Part shown: positions 8,937-16,434 of the stretch, piece by piece
How positions within the stretch are numbered: position 1 is the stretch's first letter
Layout of the letters: the number at the start of each line of letters is the position of its first letter
Assembly (NCBI GenBank): GCA_001761425.1
Contig: CP012986.1
Span: 660,001 to 692,000 of the forward strand
Direction of reading: 5' to 3'
Length of the DNA: 32,000 nt
Origin: Candidatus Saccharimonadota bacterium
GTDB taxonomy: Archaea > Nanohalarchaeota > Nanosalinia > Nanosalinales > Nanosalinaceae
Position numbers and translations under genes: made by a program
Notes under the pieces: generated by a model
Seen by the model: only the letters and a program-made list of their open reading frames with translations
What the model was told of the DNA's origin: nothing
Databases searched by the model: none

Positions 8937-9080
8937 TTAATTATCTAAAATAACTCGGGAGCTGTCTTCTTTTGTTTCTATAATCAGTTTGGACTTTAAG
9001 TTGAAAATAGCCTCAAGGTTTCTAGGAATACAGAATCTCAGTTGAGCTTCGAATGCTTCGTCTGGCAGTCGGTTCACCAT
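8937..9080 (-). CDS. possible 47-aa micro-protein just downstream of polB
   Basis: The ATG at 9080 lies 4 nt after the polB stop (MVNRLPDEAFEAQLRFCIPRNLEAIF...). No homology recognised, and it competes with a convergent + strand micro-ORF (8855-8953). Confidence 0.2.
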   Translation of the reverse strand: MVNRLPDEAFEAQLRFCIPRNLEAIFNLKSKLIIETKEDSSRVILDN

Positions 9081-9084
9081 CTGC

Positions 9085-11166
9085 TTAGACCAGTTTTTCC
9101 CTGCTGTCCTCCAGTTCGTTTCTGATATCCTCTCGGTCAAGGCCTAGGGGCGACAGAATGCTTTCCGCAGCCCTTACAAGCTCCGTCCTGTAAAAATCTG
9201 TGTCGTAAGTTGAGGCCTCGAAATCCAGTCTTACACGGTCTGGAGGCCTTTTCTCGTCGTCTCTGACAACGTATTTCACTTCCTGGCCGGGTCTTACGTC
9301 TATTCCCTTTTTTCTGTTTCTCTTCAGTGCTGCGACTGTCCTGTTTTCCACGCTGTAGGCCTCAAGGCTCTTTGAAGCAGTTTTCGTGATCACGAGCTTT
9401 TTTATTTTTACTTCTCTGTTTTCAAGTCCGGAGATTTTTTCCCTGAGAACTTTTATAACGTCTTCAGGTTTTTTATCCCGGTCAAAGGCTTTTATCATCT
9501 GCATCTGTGCTTCCTGTACGAATTCTGGTTTGGAGCTTTGTTCTGTCTCGATTCCTGCGGTTTTGAAGCCTCCGTTCTTTTTCTTGCCGAAGTAACGGTT
9601 TAGTGTTCCTATCTTTGCCTGTGAGTTGCTCCTGGGTAGGAATGCGACCCATTCGAAGTTGTGTTCGAACTCTAGGTCGATGCCTATCTCCTCCGAGATT
9701 TTTTCACAGACACTGTGGATCTCTTCCGCTTTCTTCTTTTCCTTGATCCAGAGGCTGTCGACGATACCGTGTTTGATCTCGTAGCCCGAGTTTTCCAGCA
9801 TTTTCTTGGTTTCCAGCATGATCTCCCGGTCGTAGGCGTTGATCGCCTGATGGCATTTTATCGCGCCGTAGGATGCGTGAGAATGGCCCATGTAGCCGAA
9901 GCATGAGACCAGGATCCATTTTATTGCGTCGATCGAACCCTGCAAAAGTTTTTCTCTATCTCCTTCAGCCTCCCGTACAAGGCCTTTGTACCTAGATCTG
10001 TCGTCGACGAGAGGCCTCAAAACCTCTGAGATAAACGCGTTGTCTTTCCGGTCTTCGCATATGGAGAAATCTAGCTCAGGTACCTCGCTGTTGTCACAGC
10101 ATGAGCAGTCAACGGTTTCTGGGCTGATTCTTTTCTCTATCATGATGTTTGGATACAGGGAGGCGAAGTCTACTTCGTAGACGTCTTCGTAGAGGCCTGG
10201 CTCCGGTGAGAAGATGAATCCTCCTCTGTCGGCTTTGTGCATTGTGGAGGCCTTTTTTGGTTTTTCTGGCTCCCAGTTTTTCCATGGTGTCAGGATTTTT
10301 TCGCTGTATGCTTTCTTGATCTCGATGGCTGTCAGGAGGTTTCCGATGCTTCCCCATGCTAACTCCTGCATGGGTTTGTAACTTCTTGATACGAGGTCCC
10401 AGAGGCCTTCCATGGTTGCTTCTTCGAGGAGGAATGAGTTGCTTTTGTCGATCACGACCCGGCCCGGTACGTTGTAGCGCGCGTTTGCGTGGACGGTTTT
10501 TCCGTGGCTGGATACTGTGTTTCCTCCGGCCAGTTCCTGTAGTTTTTTCACTTTGCCGAGGGAGAACTGGAAGCAGTGTTCCTCGAATTTTTCCTCAAGA
10601 AGCGGGAGGATCTGTCCCCTGTCCACGAGAATGATTCCCGGATCCTTCTGTTCAATTTCCTGTTTCAGAACTCTGAGCGCTTGTTTTTCTGTGTCTCCTG
10701 CTTTTTCTTCATCTATCTGGAGGCCTGAAATATCTCTGTTCGCCAGTTTTTTCCTGTGAAGCTTTAACTCTATTTTCTCCAGGTTTTTCTGTGTCGGGTC
10801 TGTGTTTTCCTGTATGCAGTACCGGAACTGCGGTGTCAGATCTATGTTGTAGAATCTGTACATGCTTCTCGGGAATTTTTTCTTCGCCCTGTTGACCGTT
10901 TCCCGGACTTTTCCTTTTTTCGCCACCTCTACCTTCAGGACTCTTTCCCTCTGTTTTGAGGACAGGCTTGTTTTCCATCTTTCGTATTTTGAGGCCTTTA
11001 CACTGTGGAGATTGTGTAGCCAGGGTCTCAGCTCTCTCAAGTTTTTTCTCGTGCCTGAGATGTAGAAGTGAGGCCTGTAACCGGTTTGTGTCTCAGGTAT
11101 TTTCTCTCCGTTTTTCTGTCTCCAGGTGATTGTTTTTCCGTTTACGAAATCGATTTTGTATACCAT
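9085..11166 (-). CDS. polB: family B DNA polymerase with degenerate 3'-5' exonuclease motifs
   Basis: 693 aa. The archaeal PolB N-terminus (YRPHFYISG, YNIDLTPQFRYCIQ), motif A DFASLYPNIM, motif B KWILVSCFGYMG and the KxY-like NRYFG are present. Motif C reads GIVDSL rather than DTDS. The Exo I/II/III acidic residues are not recognisable. Confidence 0.9.
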   Translation of the reverse strand: MVYKIDFVNGKTITWRQKNGEKIPETQTGYRPHFYISGTRKNLRELRPWLHNLHSVKASKYERWKTSLSSKQRERVLKVEVAKKGKVRETVNRAKKKFPRSMYRFYNIDLTPQFRYCIQENTDPTQKNLEKIELKLHRKKLANRDISGLQIDEEKAGDTEKQALRVLKQEIEQKDPGIILVDRGQILPLLEEKFEEHCFQFSLGKVKKLQELAGGNTVSSHGKTVHANARYNVPGRVVIDKSNSFLLEEATMEGLWDLVSRSYKPMQELAWGSIGNLLTAIEIKKAYSEKILTPWKNWEPEKPKKASTMHKADRGGFIFSPEPGLYEDVYEVDFASLYPNIMIEKRISPETVDCSCCDNSEVPELDFSICEDRKDNAFISEVLRPLVDDRSRYKGLVREAEGDREKLLQGSIDAIKWILVSCFGYMGHSHASYGAIKCHQAINAYDREIMLETKKMLENSGYEIKHGIVDSLWIKEKKKAEEIHSVCEKISEEIGIDLEFEHNFEWVAFLPRSNSQAKIGTLNRYFGKKKNGGFKTAGIETEQSSKPEFVQEAQMQMIKAFDRDKKPEDVIKVLREKISGLENREVKIKKLVITKTASKSLEAYSVENRTVAALKRNRKKGIDVRPGQEVKYVVRDDEKRPPDRVRLDFEASTYDTDFYRTELVRAAESILSPLGLDREDIRNELEDSREKLV

Positions 11167-11285
11167 GTTTTTTCTGATGAGGCCTCGGTGTTTTAACGTG
11201 TTTGAGGGTTTGTTCCGTTATTTCCGGGAGGTAGCGGGTTTCTGGTTTTTGGCCGAGGATATATTAATCTGCGTCGGTTGATTAA

Positions 11286-11621
11286 ATGGTGATGGCAGTT
11301 ATTTTGTCGGATGTAGTTTTCAGTCTGAGCATTAATATGCTGGCTGCTATGTTCGGTGTTATCTGTGTTGCTCTCTACAGTGAGATCAGGAGAAGTCCGA
11401 AGACGTTGATGGCGAAGTTCAAGCTTCATCCGGAGAAAACTGAGGAGGATTTCCGTCTTATGATGTACAGTAACGCAGGCCTTACACTTTTCATGTCTGT
11501 TCTCGCGCTTGGAAATGCTTTGAACGCGGAAAATCTTGTCAGCATGGGCTATATCGGCCTTGTTCTTTCAGCTTTGCTGGTGGTTGATGTGGTTGGTTCG
11601 TGGGTGTTCAGGTACACATGA
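11286..11621 (+). CDS. small 3-TM membrane protein (family member A1)
   Basis: 111 aa with three hydrophobic segments. The loop motif F-x-L ... DFRLMMYSN is shared with the 17233 gene. The stop overlaps the next start (ATGA at 11618-11621). Confidence 0.7.
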   Translation: MVMAVILSDVVFSLSINMLAAMFGVICVALYSEIRRSPKTLMAKFKLHPEKTEEDFRLMMYSNAGLTLFMSVLALGNALNAENLVSMGYIGLVLSALLVVDVVGSWVFRYT

Positions 11622-11995
11622 TCAGGACGACTTTTCTTGCTATAATGGGGTCATTAATTTTTGGAGTCACGACCGCTCTAAGCTTCAAAGTTCATAGAAG
11701 GATTGAGGAAGATCTGGAAACCACTCTGGAGATGTTTTTCCTGAGAAGCGAGATCAGGAAATCGCTCAAGGCCTTACTCTTCGCTGTACTGATTTTCGGG
11801 GTATCAGGGATTTTCTCGATAGTTGGAATGAGGTTTGAAATCCCTGTGTTGACCCAGAGCATCTTGCTCGGATCTATAGTGCTTTTCACGGCTTACATGG
11901 GTTTTTTCGTAACTCTTTACCTCTCGACCAACCCTGAAAACGACTTCAGAGAGATAGTGCCGTGGGGAGAAAAAGTCATGGCCAAGATGCAGTGA
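11618..11995 (+). CDS. small 3-TM membrane protein (family member B1)
   Basis: The ATG at 11618 (MIRTTFLAIMG...) overlaps the upstream stop. The track ORF begins at GTG 11600. The loop motif EMFFLRSE parallels ARFFLKRK in the 17557 gene. Confidence 0.7.
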   Translation: MIRTTFLAIMGSLIFGVTTALSFKVHRRIEEDLETTLEMFFLRSEIRKSLKALLFAVLIFGVSGIFSIVGMRFEIPVLTQSILLGSIVLFTAYMGFFVTLYLSTNPENDFREIVPWGEKVMAKMQ

Positions 11996-12265
11996 CTACT
12001 TTTCTTCAAGCCTTTCTACACGCTTTTCAAGCTCGTTAAGCTTCTTCCTGTTGCCCAGTATCATCGAGATTATCGCGGGCATACGAGGATTACTGTAATT
12101 CAGGTAGGAACCAGCGTGCGCAAAACTGTGCGCAGACTCTTTCAACTCATCAAAGCTCTCCCTGTTCTCAGTTCTCAAGGCCTTCCTGAAAGGCCTCAGA
12201 GAGTCAAGGAAGTTATCGAGGTGTTGCCTGTATGTGGAGTTTGTCCTTCCCATTTTCTTTTTCAC
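11996..12265 (-). CDS. hypothetical small helical protein
   Basis: 89 aa (alternative start MGRTNSTYRQ at 12253). YRQHLDNFLDSLRPFRKALR ... ends in a coiled-coil-like tail. It overlaps the 3' end of the upstream gene by 41-53 nt. Confidence 0.6.
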   Translation of the reverse strand: MKKKMGRTNSTYRQHLDNFLDSLRPFRKALRTENRESFDELKESAHSFAHAGSYLNYSNPRMPAIISMILGNRKKLNELEKRVERLEEK

Positions 12266-12956
12266 CTCCTGCTTTTTTCATCCAGAGAGGGATTGTCGTC
12301 TGTAAGACACCGGAGTCTGGATAGACCAGTGTCTCAAAGTCCTGTCCTGAGAATCTGAGGCCTTCACCTGTCTGTTTTACAGAGATAGAGTTCTGGCTGT
12401 AGACTCCTGTCAGGTACTTCAGCTCTCCTTCTGCTTTAGCTGAGTCAGAGATCAGGATCTTAAGATTTTTCTTTTCCGCTAGTTTTTTCACGTGTGTCAG
12501 GGCTTCTTCCAGGAGTTCCTCGCCTTCCCCGGTTTTGATCTGTCCGTTTTCGTAGAGGCCGTTCGCCGAAGGCAGGGCAATCATCTCCGTCGTTTCGTCT
12601 ATGAAATCCTCCAGGTTCGTACAGAGCTGGTGGTGCTGGAAAGGTGTGAAAGCTCTTCCGATAGAGACTTTTTCCAGGATCTGTCTTCCACCGGTATCTG
12701 CCAGTGCGTACGTTGAGGAATGGTTCTCCACGTCGATCCAGACACAGTCGCCGTTCAAGGCCTCTTGAGCTGTGAAAAGCTGGAAAACAGGCCGTTCTCC
12801 TTTGTACTGGAGTTTTGTAATTCCCTGTTCGAGCTGTGGTAGCAGGGAGAATACGTTTCTGAGGCCTTTCTTTTCTCCGGTTTTTTCGAGGCTAGTCTGC
12901 ATAAGTTTTTCTATCGTGAAAGGGTTTTTAACAGGTTGCAGAGGTTCTTCCGCCAT
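12213..12956 (-). CDS. RecA/RadB-superfamily-like protein lacking a Walker A P-loop
   Basis: 247 aa. CVWIDVENHSS ... KVSIGRAFTPFQHHQL ... TTEMIALPSANGLY follows the RadA/RadB core pattern (IDTE ... aRa.t..Q ... hhhhDS). No GxxxxGK(T/S) occurs anywhere in the protein. Confidence 0.5.
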   Translation of the reverse strand: MAEEPLQPVKNPFTIEKLMQTSLEKTGEKKGLRNVFSLLPQLEQGITKLQYKGERPVFQLFTAQEALNGDCVWIDVENHSSTYALADTGGRQILEKVSIGRAFTPFQHHQLCTNLEDFIDETTEMIALPSANGLYENGQIKTGEGEELLEEALTHVKKLAEKKNLKILISDSAKAEGELKYLTGVYSQNSISVKQTGEGLRFSGQDFETLVYPDSGVLQTTIPLWMKKAGGEKENGKDKLHIQATPR

Positions 12957-13019
12957 TTCCGGTAAAAAGAGAGAAAATAGAGGTAAAGTATTAAGGCTGA
13001 GTGAAGAATTTTTCTGTCT

Positions 13020-13568
13020 ATGGGCCTTGAGGTCGACTGCCGGGGCATCGATGAATTAGTGGATGTGGATCAGATTGTTACCGCGAACTATCTTGTTACT
13101 GATCCTGAAGGTCTTTTTCGAACGGCTGGAAATGTTGACAGCGGGCCTACCCGTGATATCATTGAGGGTTTGCAGCAGAGGTTTGAGAGTTTTGAGGTCT
13201 CCCGCAGTGAGGATTATTTCAGTATCCGGAACCGTGGGGTCCTGGAGAGCCTGGTTGAGACCCGTCTGAAGTACGAATGTAGGGAGAACCATGATTTGAT
13301 ACATTTGACAGGCTTCATCATGAAAGTACTGGCGGAGAACCAGGTCTTCGGCGACGGGAACAAGAGAACTGCTTATCTGGCCGGGACTATATTCCTGGTC
13401 AAGTACCAGGTCCAGGTCCTCGGCATGGAAAACGCGGTCATCCCAGAGCTTGATGAAGAGCTTGTGAACATCCTTCAGGACCTGGCGGTTCAGGATACAG
13501 GCCTTGAAGAACTTGAGAGTTTCCTGAGAAGCGTTGAAAGAGATATAGTAAATCTTTCTAGGCCTTGA
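13020..13568 (+). CDS. Fic/Doc family protein (Doc-like) with Gln in place of the motif His
   Basis: 182 aa. ENQVFGDGNKRTAYLAG matches the Doc signature HxFx(D/N)(A/G)NKR except that the first residue is Q. The upstream GVLESL block is also Doc-like. Confidence 0.7.
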   Translation: MGLEVDCRGIDELVDVDQIVTANYLVTDPEGLFRTAGNVDSGPTRDIIEGLQQRFESFEVSRSEDYFSIRNRGVLESLVETRLKYECRENHDLIHLTGFIMKVLAENQVFGDGNKRTAYLAGTIFLVKYQVQVLGMENAVIPELDEELVNILQDLAVQDTGLEELESFLRSVERDIVNLSRP

Positions 13569-13773
13569 TAGTCTGAGTGTTTGCCTCGGACTTTCTGAAG
13601 TATCTGCGGTAGAGAACTTTTAGTTTCTGCATGTATCTGTTGCTGTCTCTTTTTTCCCGGCTTTTCTCTTCTTTTGCCAGTTTTTCAAGGCCTTCATGGT
13701 TTTTCTCGGTTATCTCGCCGATTATCCCGATGTCGTCTTCTTCAGGCCTGAAATCTTTTTCGTCTTCTCTCAT
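13558..13773 (-). CDS. hypothetical charged small protein
   Basis: 71-aa ORF convergent with and overlapping the Doc-like gene by 11 nt. Lys/Glu-rich, no motif. Weak support. Confidence 0.35.
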   Translation of the reverse strand: MREDEKDFRPEEDDIGIIGEITEKNHEGLEKLAKEEKSREKRDSNRYMQKLKVLYRRYFRKSEANTQTIKA

Positions 13774-13908
13774 ACATGTTTTTTTGGACTATGAATTTTT
13801 ATTCTTGGCTACAGTTTTTCCCAGTTAAAGTGTTTTGTTTTTGTGTTCATCCGGTTTTCTAGCCGGAAAATTTTTAGTTTTAAAAGGATTCCAGCCTTAT
13901 TTTCATGT

Positions 13909-14547
13909 ATGCCAAGTTGCGATACCTGTGGAGAAGAGTTTGATACTGAAAGAGGACTCCACATTCACCAGAGTCAGAAGCACGAAGAGGAAACCGGGGA
14001 TGCAGAGACAGAAGAGGAGGAAACCGTTGAAGAAGAATCCTCCGGCGAAGAAGTAAGCGAAGAGCAGGATTCCTCGACAGAAAGTGACGAAGTGGTCGAA
14101 GAGATCGAGCATGAAACTTCTGGAGGCCTTCTAGGAGGTTTTTCCAGGGAATCGGTTTTTGTCGGAGGAGCTTTCGTCGGTATTGCTCTGGGACTTATCG
14201 CAGGCCTTTTCCTGTCTCAGGGAGGAGCTGGTTTCGACCAGGCAAGTCCTGCCGAGGTACAGCAGAGTGTTGAAGGCCTGCCTGGCGTTAACATGAACGT
14301 CAGTTCTGTGACCGAGAAGAACGGAGTTTACCAGGTTAATGCTTCGGTTCAGTCGTTGACAGGTCAGACACAGGAGCAGACTGTTGCTCACGTCAGTCTG
14401 GACAACGAGTTGATCTTCCTGCAGGGTATGAGCTACGAAGATTTGAGAGCTCAGCTTGAAGCTGCACAGCAGCAACAGCCTCCTACAGGAAACCAGACAG
14501 CGACGAACTCGACACAGACACAGCCTTCTGGAAACCAGACGCAGTAA
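13909..14547 (+). CDS. membrane-anchored C2H2 zinc-finger protein
   Basis: Likely start MPSCDTCGEEFDTERGLHIHQSQKH (C-x2-C ... H-x3-H) at ATG 13909; the track ORF starts at 13843. An acidic linker, one TM helix (VFVGGAFVGIALGLIAGLFL), an external domain and a Q/T/N-rich tail with NQT/NST sequons follow. Confidence 0.7.
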   Translation: MPSCDTCGEEFDTERGLHIHQSQKHEEETGDAETEEEETVEEESSGEEVSEEQDSSTESDEVVEEIEHETSGGLLGGFSRESVFVGGAFVGIALGLIAGLFLSQGGAGFDQASPAEVQQSVEGLPGVNMNVSSVTEKNGVYQVNASVQSLTGQTQEQTVAHVSLDNELIFLQGMSYEDLRAQLEAAQQQQPPTGNQTATNSTQTQPSGNQTQ

Positions 14548-14695
14548 AGCCAGAGTCCTCGTCTACACCGTATTTTTTCTTCATCTTTTTTCCCGTATTT
14601 TTTTCACAAAGCTCCATCCGGGTAGGTTACCTGTCGATTACATCAACTCATAAATCCGTCGAGGCCTAATTCCTGGGTAGGTGAATCAAATTTCT

Positions 14696-15298
14696 ATGGC
14701 AGAACACGGCTTGATTGAACTACCGTATGATTACGACGCGCTCGAACCCGCTATATCGGAAAAAGTGATGGAGTGGCACCACGATGTCCACCATCAGGGA
14801 TATGTGAACGGATGGAACTCCGCGGAGGAAGGCCTGGAGGAGCAGAGGGAGAGCGGAGATTTCTCCGACACTGGCTCTCTGCTGAACAGTTTCACCCATA
14901 ATTTCTGTGGGAATATTCTGCACGAGATCTTCTGGAAGAACATGTCTCCGAACGGAGGAGGTAAACCGGAAGGAGAGCTTCTTGAACGGATCGAGGAAGA
15001 GTTCGGTTCCTACGGGAACTGGAAGCAGGAGTTTGTTGCTGCTGCGAAATCTGCTTCTGGCTGGGCCCTGCTGGTATATGTTCCTTACAGCAATGAGCTT
15101 CACAACGTTGCAGTGGATAAACACGATGATGGAGCTGTCTGGGGAGCACATCCGGTGCTTGCGGTCGATGTCTGGGAACACAGCTATTACCATGACTATG
15201 GACCGGAGCGCGGTGATTTCATCAATTCATTCTTCGACGTGGTTGACTGGAATGACGTAGAGGACCGTTACGAAAGCATAGTCCAGAAATTCGAGTAA
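14696..15298 (+). CDS. sod: Fe/Mn superoxide dismutase
   Basis: MAEHGLIELPYDYDALEP, HHDVHHQGYV and AVDVWEHSYYHDYG are the classic Fe/Mn-SOD blocks. The ATG at 14696 is preferred over the upstream GTG at 14681. Confidence 0.95.
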   Translation: MAEHGLIELPYDYDALEPAISEKVMEWHHDVHHQGYVNGWNSAEEGLEEQRESGDFSDTGSLLNSFTHNFCGNILHEIFWKNMSPNGGGKPEGELLERIEEEFGSYGNWKQEFVAAAKSASGWALLVYVPYSNELHNVAVDKHDDGAVWGAHPVLAVDVWEHSYYHDYGPERGDFINSFFDVVDWNDVEDRYESIVQKFE

Positions 15299-15315
15299 AC
15301 AACTTTTCACCTTCC

Positions 15316-15322
15316 TTTTTTT
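15316..15322 (+). terminator. oligo-T run after sod
   Basis: A T7 run lies 18 nt past the sod stop codon, and archaeal termination commonly uses oligo-T tracts. Sequence only. Confidence 0.3.
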
Positions 15323-15370
15323 CTTTTCCATGCGTAAGTTATATGCCGGAGGCCTTAGAATTATTCATGT

Positions 15371-15754
15371 ATGACTGATTACAAGCCAGGAGTCTGTAAC
15401 ATCGGAAGAGCAGAGCAGAGAAAAAGATACGGTCTAGGCCTCATTGGGTCATTTATTACCGTTTTGATAACTGCGCTGATTTTCCTGGAGTACCTGCCTC
15501 GTTCAACGATTCTTGGAGTGTTTGTGGCTTCTTTTCTTGGCTTTGAAGGCCTTTTCCAGGGTTTTTTGAATTTTTGCGCCGGGTTTGCGTTGAAAGGGAT
15601 CTATGATATCTCCAGTTCCGGCGGTCAAAGAGAGGAAGTGGAAAGTGAGGAGGCCAGGAAGAAGGATAAGGTCAAGGCCTTGCAGATTCATCTTTACTCG
15701 TTGACAGGTTCTTTGACTGTGACTGCTTTTGTCTACCTCGGGCTTTTGATTTGA
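15371..15754 (+). CDS. YgaP-like (DUF2892-type) small membrane protein
   Basis: 127 aa. CNIGRAEQRKRYGLGLIG followed by two TM segments and NFCAGFALKG resembles the DUF2892 pattern (N-x-G..ER..R...G, then a G-x-C loop). Confidence 0.5.
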   Translation: MTDYKPGVCNIGRAEQRKRYGLGLIGSFITVLITALIFLEYLPRSTILGVFVASFLGFEGLFQGFLNFCAGFALKGIYDISSSGGQREEVESEEARKKDKVKALQIHLYSLTGSLTVTAFVYLGLLI

Positions 15755-15795
15755 GGCCGGTAGTTATCTAAATCTTTGAGTTCTTTTTCTTTTCT

Positions 15796-16356
15796 ATGAG
15801 AACAGTAACTGTGATCGGAGGAGGTATCGCAGGCCTCCAGGCTGCGGTATTCACGGCAAAAGCAGGGGAAGATACTCTGGTACTTGATAACGGTCAGTCC
15901 CTGGTTGAAAATACTTCAAACATTCAGAACCTGGTCGGCCATGACTCAGTCGCGGGCCACGAACTACTGAATAGTGGAGAAAAAAAGCTGGAAGAATTTG
16001 GAGGAGAAAAGAAGGAAGAAACTGTCGAGAAACTTGAGAGAACCGATGAAGGCCTCAAAGTTACAACAGGCAGTGAAGAATACGTTACTGAATACGTCGT
16101 CATCGCCTCGGCAGGAATCCTCGATTATATCGAGCTTGAAGAAATAGAGTTAGAGGAAGGAGTTGAAGGCCCGAATATGATGGACAAACACATCGTAACA
16201 GATGAATCAAACAGGGCAGCGGAGAACGTCTACGTAGCAGGCCTCGCAAACAGCTGGGAGTACCAGACATCGATCTGCATCGGCGACGGAGCAAAGGCAG
16301 CTATCAATCTTCTGACAGACCTGAGAAACGAGCCTTTCGTCGACCACGACATGTAA
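15796..16356 (+). CDS. short FAD-dependent oxidoreductase (thioredoxin-reductase-like, no NADPH domain)
   Basis: 186 aa. The N-terminal VIGGGIAGLQAA dinucleotide-binding motif and the C-terminal VYVAGLA ... GDGAKAA FAD block are present. It is too short to hold a second nucleotide-binding domain. Confidence 0.7.
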   Translation: MRTVTVIGGGIAGLQAAVFTAKAGEDTLVLDNGQSLVENTSNIQNLVGHDSVAGHELLNSGEKKLEEFGGEKKEETVEKLERTDEGLKVTTGSEEYVTEYVVIASAGILDYIELEEIELEEGVEGPNMMDKHIVTDESNRAAENVYVAGLANSWEYQTSICIGDGAKAAINLLTDLRNEPFVDHDM

Positions 16357-16434
16357 AAAATAGTTTAATATGGGAGAGGCCTGAATCCCCGAGCTAAGGC
16401 CTTTTTTCTCCCAGGCATGTTTCTATCTTTTCTG

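Noticed and set aside
8806-8953. Two overlapping micro-ORFs with SD-like motifs (21 and 32 codons)
   Set aside because: They are too short, mutually overlapping and without recognisable similarity. They are kept only as a note under the spacer finding, not as features.
10356-10978. ORFs antisense to or out of frame with polB (10356-10634, 10517-10759, 10709-10978 and others)
   Set aside because: They are embedded in the polB coding region. The translations are Arg/Ser/Cys/Pro-rich, typical of wrong-frame reading.
14720-15260. ORFs 14720-15193 (-), 14892-15149 (-) and 14907-15260 (+) overlapping sod
   Set aside because: The sod frame carries the complete Fe/Mn-SOD signature. The overlapping frames have no motifs.
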